From NCBI GenBank assembly GCA_903940375.1, contig CAJAKT010000314.1, positions 1 to 34,071 on the forward strand: a DNA stretch of 34,071 bases. Direction: 5' to 3'. A program made the translations under genes and the position numbers. Each line of letters starts with the position of its first letter. Position 1 is the stretch's first letter. Shown here one piece after another: positions 16,887-25,428 of the stretch. The DNA comes from an uncultured bacterium. GTDB taxonomy: Bacteria > Actinomycetota > Actinomycetes > S36-B12. Under the pieces are notes generated by a model. That model did no database searches and was not told where the DNA came from. It worked only from the letters and a program-made list of their open reading frames with translations.

Positions 16887-17699
16887 TCAGGTTCCGATTC
16901 CCGGACCCTTCCCCGGCAGTTCGGCCTGTTTCGCCAGACGGGCCCTCGAGGCAGCCGAGCGACCGGCGTCGGCAGCTGAGCCCGTGGCACTGCGCACTGC
17001 CCCCGCATAACCCGACCAGGACCCACGGGCCTTCGACTCGCGCGCGTGGAAGGACCGGACCTCGACGGCCTTCTGCCGGAGCACGAGCACGCCACCGGAC
17101 ATCTCGTCGCCGTGCCGTGCCGGACGGTCGCGGCTTACCTGCGCCAGGGCATCGTGCCGTGCCTGAGCCAGGCGTTCCGAGATCCGCTCAACGTAGGCGC
17201 GGTAGAACGCGGCGCGCGCGGTCTGCGCGGTGTGCGGTCGACGCTGTCGACGTCGGCCTCGACTGGCCGCAGCCATGTACGTCTCACCGACCCAGCCGCG
17301 GGATGTCACGTACGCCTGGCTGGCATGAACCATGTGGACGGCCAGCGAGGCGAAGATCGTCTCCACGACATCGAGGTCGGCCGGCATGCCGTAGCCGATC
17401 ACGTACGTCGAGTTCGACGCCACATCCACCTGTGCATCGTTGGCGTGCGCGACGGCGACGAAGAGCGAGATCAGGTGCGGGTTCGCGCGACGGGCCTTCT
17501 CGCCGATCGTGGTCGTGCGCGACTCAGGCTGCTGACGCGCCTCACGCTTCGCGATCCGCGCACGGGCGACCGCGAGGTCGACACTCGCAAGGGTGGCGAG
17601 CTGCTGCGCCTTCATCAGGTAGGCATCGGCCTCGGCCTCGTTGTCCGTTCGTTCGGCCTTGGCGAGCAGGGCCGAGATGCGGTCGAGCGTGGCGCTCAC
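16887..17699 (-). CDS. DUF2786-domain protein
   Basis: The N-terminal LDRISALLAKAERTDNEAEADAYLMKAQQLA is the signature DUF2786 helix pair. GTG 17699 overlaps the stop of the upstream metallohydrolase (GTGA). Confidence 0.8.
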   Translation of the reverse strand: MSATLDRISALLAKAERTDNEAEADAYLMKAQQLATLASVDLAVARARIAKREARQQPESRTTTIGEKARRANPHLISLFVAVAHANDAQVDVASNSTYVIGYGMPADLDVVETIFASLAVHMVHASQAYVTSRGWVGETYMAAASRGRRRQRRPHTAQTARAAFYRAYVERISERLAQARHDALAQVSRDRPARHGDEMSGGVLVLRQKAVEVRSFHARESKARGSWSGYAGAVRSATGSAADAGRSAASRARLAKQAELPGKGPGIGT

Positions 17700-18205
17700 G
17701 GGCGCACCCCTGCCTGGTCGTATCCCGCACGCAGCAGAAGTGCCGCGGCCTCGCCCATGACGGCGGAGACCAGCACGCACATCGCCGCCTGGAACTCATG
17801 CCCGTGCCAGCGACGCGAGCCGGCCGGCACACCGCGACTGCAGGCAAGGTGGTGAGCCACCTCGTGCAGGACGACCGCCTCACGTCCGGCCCAGGCTGAT
17901 CGAAACGGGATCGCGATCGTCGCTGTCGCGGGCTCATAGTGCGCCTTGAGCTGACCGGATCGTTCGCGTACGGCGACCGGACCGGCCTGCGGGTACTGCG
18001 CCCGAACGGATTCGAGGGACGTGACCGCCTCGACATAGGTCTGGACGGAGGCCAGATCACCGAACCGCCGCTGCATGGGGACGTCGATCCGGGAGCCGAA
18101 GAAGTCGACGATGCCGCCCCGATCAAGGACCGCCGACCACTGGTCCTCAGCGGCATAGACAGCGGAAGGCGGCATGGTCCGGAGGATAGGCTGACCCAGT
18201 GACAT
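17696..18205 (-). CDS. HExxH metallohydrolase (actinobacterial TIGR04338-like, SprT-like minimal zincin)
   Basis: VVLHEVAHHLA (HEVAH at 17852-17866) is followed 15 residues later by HGHEF (17792-17806). The start is uncertain: ATG 18205 (longest) or ATG 18175 (MPPSAVYAAEDQW). Confidence 0.8.
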   Translation of the reverse strand: MSLGQPILRTMPPSAVYAAEDQWSAVLDRGGIVDFFGSRIDVPMQRRFGDLASVQTYVEAVTSLESVRAQYPQAGPVAVRERSGQLKAHYEPATATIAIPFRSAWAGREAVVLHEVAHHLACSRGVPAGSRRWHGHEFQAAMCVLVSAVMGEAAALLLRAGYDQAGVRP

Positions 18206-19508
18206 GGCCACGGCAGACCTGCCGATGAGCCGCTCCCGTCGGCTCGGCAAGGCCGTCCGACGCACCCCGCTCCTCGCCGGACTGCCCGCTGAAGTAGCCG
18301 TCCTCTCGGCTGTCGCGTTCTGCGTGGCCCTGGGCTTCGGCATCCTCGCGCCCGCCCTGCCGGTCTTCGCCCGGACGTTCGACGTCACGGCACTGCAGGC
18401 AAGCGCCGTGATCTCCGTCTTCGCTCTCGTCCGGTTCGTCACCTCACCGCTGGCCGGCGCCCTCGTCGATCGTCTCGGCGAGCGCATGGTGATGTCGACC
18501 GGGCTGTTCATCGTCGCCCTCTCCAGCGCGGCCGCCGGCTTCTCCCAGACCTACGGGCAGTTACTGGCACTGCGCGGCGTCGGCGGACTGGGCTCCAGCA
18601 TGTTCACGGTCTCCGCGATGGCGCTGCTCCTGCGGGTTGTCGACTCCGATCAGCGCGGCCGTGCCGCTGGCGCCTTCCAGGGCGGCTTCCTGCTCGGCGG
18701 CGTCGCGGGACCGGCAGTGGGCGGCATCGTCGTCGCGTGGTCCATCCGCGCACCCTTCTTCGTGTACGCGATCACCCTGATCGCCGCCGCGGTCGTCGCC
18801 CTGGTCTTCATGTCCCGTAGCCACCTGCGCGAGCGCGAGCAGGAGGTGGCGCATGGTGAGGCGGACAAGCTGGAGCAACTCCGCGTGGCGCTGAAGGACC
18901 GCGCCTACCAGGCCGCCCTCGGGACCAACCTCGTCACCGGATTCGTGGCGTTCGGCCTTCGGTCGTCCGCGGTCCCCCTGTTCGTCACGGAGGGCCTGGA
19001 TCGAGGTGCGTCGATGACAGGGATCGGCTTCCTCGTCGCGGCCGCCCTTCAGGCGGTCCTGCTGCTGCCGGCCGGCCGAATGGCGGACACCCAAGGACGC
19101 CGCAAGGCGCTGCTCATCGGCACCATCGGCACGACCGTGGGGATGATCATCCTCACGATGTCCGATATCGCCGTAAATGGACTGGGGACTGCCGCGGTGG
19201 CAGGCACCGTCCTGTTCCTGCTCGCGATGGCCGTCCAGGGCGTTGCGTCGGCGTTCCTCGGCTCGGCCCCCGCTGCCGTCGTCGGCGACATCATGGCCGG
19301 CCGCAAGGGCGGCATCGTGGTGGCCACCTTCCAGATGATGTCGGACGTCGGCGCCGTGGCCGGCCCCCTCGTAGCCGGCGTCCTCATAGACGGGCTCGAT
19401 TTCGACTGGGCGTTCGCGGCGGGTGCGGCCCTCAGCCTGGTGGCGGTTACATTGGTAGTCCTGATGCCAGAGACTCTCCACCGGAAAAGGACGCCTGCGA
19501 CCGCATGA
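18204..19508 (+). CDS. MFS transporter
   Basis: About 12 TM helices and an MFS loop motif (PLAGALVDRLGER). The stop overlaps the sulfatase start (ATGA). An alternative start is at 18225. Confidence 0.88.
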   Translation: MATADLPMSRSRRLGKAVRRTPLLAGLPAEVAVLSAVAFCVALGFGILAPALPVFARTFDVTALQASAVISVFALVRFVTSPLAGALVDRLGERMVMSTGLFIVALSSAAAGFSQTYGQLLALRGVGGLGSSMFTVSAMALLLRVVDSDQRGRAAGAFQGGFLLGGVAGPAVGGIVVAWSIRAPFFVYAITLIAAAVVALVFMSRSHLREREQEVAHGEADKLEQLRVALKDRAYQAALGTNLVTGFVAFGLRSSAVPLFVTEGLDRGASMTGIGFLVAAALQAVLLLPAGRMADTQGRRKALLIGTIGTTVGMIILTMSDIAVNGLGTAAVAGTVLFLLAMAVQGVASAFLGSAPAAVVGDIMAGRKGGIVVATFQMMSDVGAVAGPLVAGVLIDGLDFDWAFAAGAALSLVAVTLVVLMPETLHRKRTPATA

Positions 19509-21175
19509 ATCAGACCGAAACCCCCGGTCGACGACGTGCCCTCGTGACGGCAACGGCAGTCCTCACGGCCCTCGCCACGGTCGCCGGCCTCGGATTCCTC
19601 GCGACGACGATCTCCCCGTCCATGGCCTCTACCCCGGACGCGGCGTCGGCCTCAGCAGCTGCCGAACTGGGCCAGCCGGGCCTGTCTCCTGTTCCGCCTT
19701 CGACCTCCGCCTCGACCTCGAGCACCGCCTCGGCCGAGCCCAGCGCGGAGGGCGCCCTGGCGGGCACCCCTCTGGCCGGTATCAAGAACGTCGTGTTCGT
19801 CCTCGCCGACGACCTGGACTGGGAACTGTTCCGGCAGGTCCCGCGGCTCGCGGCACTGCAGGACGAGGGCATGACGTTCACGAACCACACCGTGACCGAC
19901 TCGCTGTGCTGCCCGTCCCGCACGTCCATCATGCGCTCGCAGTACATCCACAACCACCTGGTGATCTCGAACACGGCGGCCACCGGCGGGGGCTGGCCGA
20001 CGTTCCGCAGCCGGGGCGAGCAGTACGACTGCCTGCCGGTGTGGCTGTCCAATGCGGGTGTCTCGACGGCGCTCTTCGGGAAGTACCTGAACGACTACCC
20101 GCAGACCCCCCGCTCCGCGCGCTACGTGCCGCCGGGCTGGTCGAAGTGGGCCGTACCGGTTTCGCGCGGGGATTCGTACACCGGCTACAACTACGTCCTC
20201 AACGACAACGGGCGACTTCGCGCATATGGCAAGGCCCCATCAGCCTTCCTGAACGATGTCATCACCACCAAGACCACCGACTTCATCCGCACGGCACCCG
20301 ACGGCTTCTTCGTGACCCTCTCGACCTACAACCCGCACAAGCCGGCTCCGGTCGCGGTTCGGAATCGCGGCACCCACGCCGCCACCGTCGCGCCGCGCAA
20401 CCCGAGCTACAACAGCGTCGGTGCGAATGAGCCGACCTGGATGCGCGGCTTCGGTGCGCTGCCCATGTGGAAGCAGGAGCACCTGGACCGGCTGTGGCGC
20501 AAGCGCGCGCAGTCAGCAGAGTCGGTGGCTGATTCCATCGACGCCATCAAGGCCACCTTGCAGGAGACCGGCCGGGCCGACGACACCCTCATCGTCGTCA
20601 CATCGGACAACGGCTATCACGTCGGCACGCATCGCCTCTCGAACGGCAAGCGCACGGCCTACCACGAGGACACCGTGGTGCCGATGGTGATCATCGGCCC
20701 CGGCGTGACGCCCGGCACCACCATCGAGGCGATGACCTCCACCATCGACCTCGGGCCCACTTTCGCCGCCATCCTCGGTGCATCGGTGCCCGGATGGGTC
20801 GACGGACGCTCGCTGACGGACATCGTCGGCACGGGCACCGTTCCCCCGACGTGGCGGAATGCAACGCTCTCGGAGAGCATGGGCATGTCGGGCCCGGAGG
20901 ACCCCGACTACCAGCCGCAGGCACCGCCGCCCTTCAGCGCGCTCCGCAGCCAGGACTACCTCTTCGTCGTCTACCGAAATGGTGAGCGCGAGCTCTACGA
21001 CCTGAAGTCAGATCCGTACGAGATGAACAACATCGCGAGTACCGCTGACCCGCGCCTGGTTGCCGGGCTGTACTCGCAGTTGCAGGCACTTCGAGCCTGC
21101 ACGGGTGACACCTGCCGTACGGCCGATGCGATCGCCCTCGCAGGACCGGTCAGCACACCAGCCCCGAGCAGCTGA
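19505..21175 (+). CDS. Exported Cys-type sulfatase (formylglycine-dependent)
   Basis: NVVFVLADDLDWE metal-binding start and the SLCCPSRTSIM sulfatase signature (C-x-P-x-R at 19907-21). The N-terminus has GRRRALV plus a hydrophobic stretch (Tat-like), then a Ser/Ala/Pro linker. Confidence 0.9.
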   Translation: MNQTETPGRRRALVTATAVLTALATVAGLGFLATTISPSMASTPDAASASAAAELGQPGLSPVPPSTSASTSSTASAEPSAEGALAGTPLAGIKNVVFVLADDLDWELFRQVPRLAALQDEGMTFTNHTVTDSLCCPSRTSIMRSQYIHNHLVISNTAATGGGWPTFRSRGEQYDCLPVWLSNAGVSTALFGKYLNDYPQTPRSARYVPPGWSKWAVPVSRGDSYTGYNYVLNDNGRLRAYGKAPSAFLNDVITTKTTDFIRTAPDGFFVTLSTYNPHKPAPVAVRNRGTHAATVAPRNPSYNSVGANEPTWMRGFGALPMWKQEHLDRLWRKRAQSAESVADSIDAIKATLQETGRADDTLIVVTSDNGYHVGTHRLSNGKRTAYHEDTVVPMVIIGPGVTPGTTIEAMTSTIDLGPTFAAILGASVPGWVDGRSLTDIVGTGTVPPTWRNATLSESMGMSGPEDPDYQPQAPPPFSALRSQDYLFVVYRNGERELYDLKSDPYEMNNIASTADPRLVAGLYSQLQALRACTGDTCRTADAIALAGPVSTPAPSS

Positions 21176-22885
21176 TCAGTCGTCCGCCGAATGGCGGTTC
21201 GTGAAGGCCTCGTTTGCATCGATCAGGTTGCCGAAGATGTGGTCGGCCCCAATGCGCTGATCCACGCCGTACTGCTGCAGGGCAGCGAGGAGCCCCGTAT
21301 CCACGCGGGCCAGGACCGTCGTGACGTTGTGATGATCGAGGTAGTCGAGCAGCCCGTGCAGCGCATTTCCGGCCGAGTAGTCAATGCTGTCCAGTGACGA
21401 AGCATCGAGGATGAGCCACTCCACGGGAACCGGAGCCCCGGCGACCAGGGCCTGGACATCGTCAACGAACCGGTTGGCATTTGCATAGAACAGCTCGGAG
21501 TCGTATCTGAAGATGATCAGTCCCGGGGCGCTTTGCGTGCCCGGTGTGCTCGCCCGGTAGGTCAGCTCATGGTCAGGGTCGACGATCACGACGTAGTCCT
21601 GCGGCCGATACTGGCGTCGGATGATGTTGAGGATCGAGAAGACGATCGCCAGGATGATGCCCTGCTCGACACCCACGGCGCACACCACGACTGCAGTTGC
21701 CACCGCGATGACGAACTCGCCGCGTGCCACGCGCAGGATGCCGCGAAGTCCGGCGATGTCTACGAGATTCACGCCGATGAGGAAGACGATCGCGCCCAGC
21801 ACGGCCTTCGGCATGTCGGCGAGCAGGCCGGTGAAGAACAGCACAACAAGCAGCACGATGAGTGACATCGTCAGGTTGGCGAGCTGTGTTCGACCCTTCT
21901 GCTCATCGAGGATCTCCGTCTTCGTGGGGCTGCCGTTGACGACGAACGTCCCGCTCAGACCGGCCGCGAAGTTCGCGCCTGACAGCCCGACAATGTCCCG
22001 ATTGATGTCGACCGGCTGGCCGTGCTTCATCGCGAAGCTTCGGGAGGTGGCTGCGCTCTGGGCGATGATCAGGACGAAGCACGAGAAGCCGATGCCCAGC
22101 AGGGTGGCCAGATTGTCCGTGACATCGCTCATGCTGATGCCTGCGGGCAGCCCGATCGGCGGGAAGCCGCCCTGAACCTCGCCCACGACGGCGACGCCGT
22201 GGGCCTTCGCATCGAGTGCAGCCGAGACGATGATCGACAGCGCGACGGCGATGATGGCGCCCGGCACCTTCGGAAGGAACTTCTTGAACCCCAGGATGAT
22301 CGCGAGGGTCCCCAGCGCGAACGCGAACGTCGGCCACGACAGGTCCGGAATCGACGTGATCATGTGCCACTGCTGCTCGAACCAGTTGCCTGTGCCCTTC
22401 GGGACACCGAGCATGTCCGGGATCTGACCGGAGAAGACCTGCACGCCGACACCGGTGAGGAAGCCGATCAGCACCGACGCACTGAGGAAGTCACCGAGAA
22501 AGCCGAGCCGGAAGATACGTGCCAGCACGAGAAGCACACCGCAGATGAGGGCGATGATCGACGTATACGCCAGCCACTGCTGCGATCCCGGCGTCGCACC
22601 GGCAATCGCGGCGCCGCCGAGCCCGGCAGCAAGCAGGGCGGCGGTGGCCGAGTCCGCACCGACCACCAGGAGTCGGGATGAACCGAGGAGGACGAAGAGC
22701 ATGGTCGGGAAGATGACGGTGTACAGGCCTGTGACGATCGGAGTCTGCGAGATCGACGTGTAGCCCATGCACTCCGGGATCGCCACGGCGGCGAGAGTGG
22801 CTCCCGCGATGATGTCTGTCGACAACCAGGCCCGGTTATAGCCACGGGCCCACGGCGGCACCAGCTGCTTGATGCTCAACGACAC
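21176..22885 (-). CDS. SulP-family sulfate/anion permease with C-terminal STAS domain
   Basis: LSTDIIAGATLAAVAIPECMGYTSIS and the rest of a SulP core. The C-terminal STAS reads LIIFRYDSELFYANA...WLILDASSLDSIDYSAGNAL. The GTG start is preceded by GGAGGGAGGG. Confidence 0.93.
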   Translation of the reverse strand: MSLSIKQLVPPWARGYNRAWLSTDIIAGATLAAVAIPECMGYTSISQTPIVTGLYTVIFPTMLFVLLGSSRLLVVGADSATAALLAAGLGGAAIAGATPGSQQWLAYTSIIALICGVLLVLARIFRLGFLGDFLSASVLIGFLTGVGVQVFSGQIPDMLGVPKGTGNWFEQQWHMITSIPDLSWPTFAFALGTLAIILGFKKFLPKVPGAIIAVALSIIVSAALDAKAHGVAVVGEVQGGFPPIGLPAGISMSDVTDNLATLLGIGFSCFVLIIAQSAATSRSFAMKHGQPVDINRDIVGLSGANFAAGLSGTFVVNGSPTKTEILDEQKGRTQLANLTMSLIVLLVVLFFTGLLADMPKAVLGAIVFLIGVNLVDIAGLRGILRVARGEFVIAVATAVVVCAVGVEQGIILAIVFSILNIIRRQYRPQDYVVIVDPDHELTYRASTPGTQSAPGLIIFRYDSELFYANANRFVDDVQALVAGAPVPVEWLILDASSLDSIDYSAGNALHGLLDYLDHHNVTTVLARVDTGLLAALQQYGVDQRIGADHIFGNLIDANEAFTNRHSADD

Positions 22886-22933
22886 GATGCCCTCCCTCCG
22901 GATCTCATCGCAGACGGTACTGCCTGCACATGC

Positions 22934-23599
22934 TCAGGTCAGGATGTTGATGGCCCGAGCGATCACCAGCGTGGCCAGGATCAGCGACAGCAGGGACTCC
23001 ATCACGACCATGGCCTTGGCCCATGGCTTCACCGCGGAGACATCCGTCGGACTGAACGCGGTTGCCGTCGCGAACGAGAACGCCAGATAGTCGATGAACT
23101 TCGGGTACCAGCCCGGGCTCACGTGATCGGTGTGCTGCATCTCCGGGAAGATGAAGGCCGGAGTCCGCGAGGTCCCACGGGCACGTTCGGCGGCGCCGCC
23201 ACGGTCCAGGTCCCAGAACCACAGGGCGAAGGCGATGGCGTTGGTGATCCATACCGAGCCACCCGCTGCGAGAAGCTCCCGCGGGGTCTCGAAGGACGCG
23301 TTGTCGAGGATGCCCGCCACGAGCATGACCGCGGCGTAGGCGTTAGCCAGGGTGATCAAGGCGATCAGCAGGTCCGTGATGACCCGCGTCCACACGCGCA
23401 CGCGGTCGATCCGACCGGGGTCGGCGAAGACGAGGATCAGCAGGAAGACCATCGAGACCCACGGCAGCACGTGCGATGACTGCAACCGGAGCTCTGGCGG
23501 GAGCAGCGAGTGGAGCACAGCCGCAACGAGAACGGCAGCCGCCATCGGCCAGCGACGCTCACCGCGCTCGTCCGCGCCAGCTGCTTGCTCGTCCGCCAC
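22934..23599 (-). CDS. DUF1345-type integral membrane protein
   Basis: Multi-TM protein with WITNAIAFALWFWDLD and YLAFSFATATAFSPTDV segments, as I remember for DUF1345. The GTG start overlaps the upstream stop by 1 nt (TAGTG). Confidence 0.75.
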   Translation of the reverse strand: MADEQAAGADERGERRWPMAAAVLVAAVLHSLLPPELRLQSSHVLPWVSMVFLLILVFADPGRIDRVRVWTRVITDLLIALITLANAYAAVMLVAGILDNASFETPRELLAAGGSVWITNAIAFALWFWDLDRGGAAERARGTSRTPAFIFPEMQHTDHVSPGWYPKFIDYLAFSFATATAFSPTDVSAVKPWAKAMVVMESLLSLILATLVIARAINILT

Positions 23600-24756
23600 T
23601 ACGGGGTCGCCAACGCCTGATCGAGATCCTCGATCAGGTCGTCGACGGTCTCGATTCCGACGGACAGGCGCACGAGGTCGGCAGGGACCTCGAGCGGACT
23701 GCCCGCAGCAGATGCATGGGTCATCCGCGCCGGGTGCTCGATCAGCGATTCGACCCCGCCGAGTGACTCACCCAGCGTGAAGACACCTGTCCGACCGCAC
23801 ACATCGACAGCCGCCTGCTCACCGGCAGCGACGCGGAAGGAGATCATGCCGCCGAAGTCGCGCATCTGCTTGCGCGCAACATCGTGACCGGGGTGTGATT
23901 CGAGCCCCGGCCAGCGAACCTCCGACACTGCAGGGTGTGCGACCAGGAACTCCGCCACGGCGCGGGCATTGGCGCTGTGCCGGTCCATGCGCACGCCGAG
24001 CGTCTTGATTCCGCGCAGCACCAACCATGAATCGAACGGCCCGGGCACCGAGCCCATAGCGTTCTGGTGGTAGATCAGCCGCTCGGCAAGGTCTTCATCT
24101 GCGGTGACAAGGGCACCGCCGACAACGTCGCTGTGACCCCCGAGGTACTTGGTGGTGCTGTGTGCCACCACATCCGCACCGAGCAGCAGGGGCTGCTGCA
24201 GGTACGGCGAGGCGAAGGTGTTGTCGACGACGAGGATCGCACCTGCCGCATGTGCGACGTCTGCGAGCGCAGCGATGTCGGCGATGTTCAGCAGCGGGTT
24301 CGTCGGAGTCTCGACCCAGACGACCTTGGTGCGGCCCGGAATGATCGCTGCCGCGACGGCATCCGGATCGGTCAGCGAGGCGGGCGTGTGATCGAGACCC
24401 CACGGCGCGGCAACCCTGGCGAACAGGCGGTAGGTGCCGCCGTAGGCATCGTCAGGGATGACGGCATGGTCGCCGGGACGACACACGGCGCGAAGGAGAG
24501 TGTCTTCCGCGGCAAGGCCGGAGGCGAAGGCCAGGCCCGTTGCGCCGGGCAGCCCGGGCGCCTCCAGCGATGCCAGGCACTCCTGCAGGGCGGTGCGCGT
24601 CGGGTTGGCGCTCCTCGAGTACTCGTATCCCCCGCGCAGGCCACCGACCCCGTCCTGCGCATATGTCGACACCTGGTAGATCGGTGTGACGACCGCGCCC
24701 GTCAACGGGTCCGGCTCCTGACCAGCGTGAATCGCCCGAGTTTCGAATCCGTCCAT
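23599..24756 (-). CDS. Cystathionine gamma-lyase / gamma-synthase (Cys/Met-metabolism PLP enzyme, MetB-like)
   Basis: MDGFETRAIHAGQEPDPLTGAVVTPIYQVSTY..., PLP-lysine motif HSTTKYLGGHSDVVGG, and C-terminal SLGGVESLIEHPARMTH. The 657-aa track ORF is an antisense-shadow extension; I start at ATG 24756. Confidence 0.92.
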   Translation of the reverse strand: MDGFETRAIHAGQEPDPLTGAVVTPIYQVSTYAQDGVGGLRGGYEYSRSANPTRTALQECLASLEAPGLPGATGLAFASGLAAEDTLLRAVCRPGDHAVIPDDAYGGTYRLFARVAAPWGLDHTPASLTDPDAVAAAIIPGRTKVVWVETPTNPLLNIADIAALADVAHAAGAILVVDNTFASPYLQQPLLLGADVVAHSTTKYLGGHSDVVGGALVTADEDLAERLIYHQNAMGSVPGPFDSWLVLRGIKTLGVRMDRHSANARAVAEFLVAHPAVSEVRWPGLESHPGHDVARKQMRDFGGMISFRVAAGEQAAVDVCGRTGVFTLGESLGGVESLIEHPARMTHASAAGSPLEVPADLVRLSVGIETVDDLIEDLDQALATP

Positions 24757-24774
24757 GTCACGTACCCTAGGGCG

Positions 24775-25428
24775 GTGAACATCTTCAGCCGCGGCGCGTC
24801 CCGCATGGTCGCCCCCGAGGGCGCCCTCCCCGGACGCAGCACGGTGCTGCTCCCCCAGCCCGCTCCTCATGCCGTCCTCGGCACGTCGCTCACCGGGCCG
24901 TGGCCCGACGGCACCGAGGTCCTTCACCTCGCAATGGGCTGCTTCTGGGGCGCAGAGGAGCTGCTCTGGCGCCTGCCGGGCGTCGTCACCACGAGCGTGG
25001 GATACATGGGCGGCTTCACGCCCAACCCCACGTACGAAGAGGTCTGCACCGGGCTCACCGGCCAGACCGAGACGGCTCTTGTCGCCTACGACCCCTCGGC
25101 CATCTCCACGTACGAGGTGCTCAAGGCCTTCTGGGAGAACCACGACCCGACTCAGGGCTATCGCCAGGGCAACGATGCCGGCACGCAGTACCGCAGCGCG
25201 ATCTACTACATGAACGATGGGCAGCGCGATCTCATCGAGCGCACGCGCGATGCCTATGCCGCCGTCATCAGTGCACGCGGCTACCCCGACATCACCACCG
25301 AGATCGCGCCGGCCACGTCGACCAGCTACTTCCTTGCTGAGGACTACCACCAGCAGTACCTCTACAAGAATCCCAACGGCTACCGCTGCCACGCCAACAC
25401 CGGTCTGGCACTGCCTACGCTGTCGTAG
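24775..25428 (+). CDS. msrA: Peptide-methionine (S)-S-oxide reductase
   Basis: GALPGR...LAMGCFWGAEELLW (catalytic GCFWG), GYMGG, and YHQQYL near the C-terminus. GTG 24775 gives an N-terminus of E. coli-like length. An alternative ATG is at 24805. Confidence 0.92.
   Translation: MNIFSRGASRMVAPEGALPGRSTVLLPQPAPHAVLGTSLTGPWPDGTEVLHLAMGCFWGAEELLWRLPGVVTTSVGYMGGFTPNPTYEEVCTGLTGQTETALVAYDPSAISTYEVLKAFWENHDPTQGYRQGNDAGTQYRSAIYYMNDGQRDLIERTRDAYAAVISARGYPDITTEIAPATSTSYFLAEDYHQQYLYKNPNGYRCHANTGLALPTLS

Noticed and set aside
16887-17699. DUF2786 gene as evidence of a prophage or plasmid remnant
   Set aside because: There are no neighbouring phage, plasmid or recombinase genes and no att-like repeats. 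It is tightly coupled to a chromosomal-type actinobacterial metallohydrolase and sits next to ilvA.
19625-19770. Ser/Ala/Pro-rich low-complexity DNA in the sulfatase 5' region, and the Gly-rich tail at 29380-29447, as repeat elements
   Set aside because: These are in-frame linker or tail segments of exported proteins, with no defined repeat unit at the nucleotide level.
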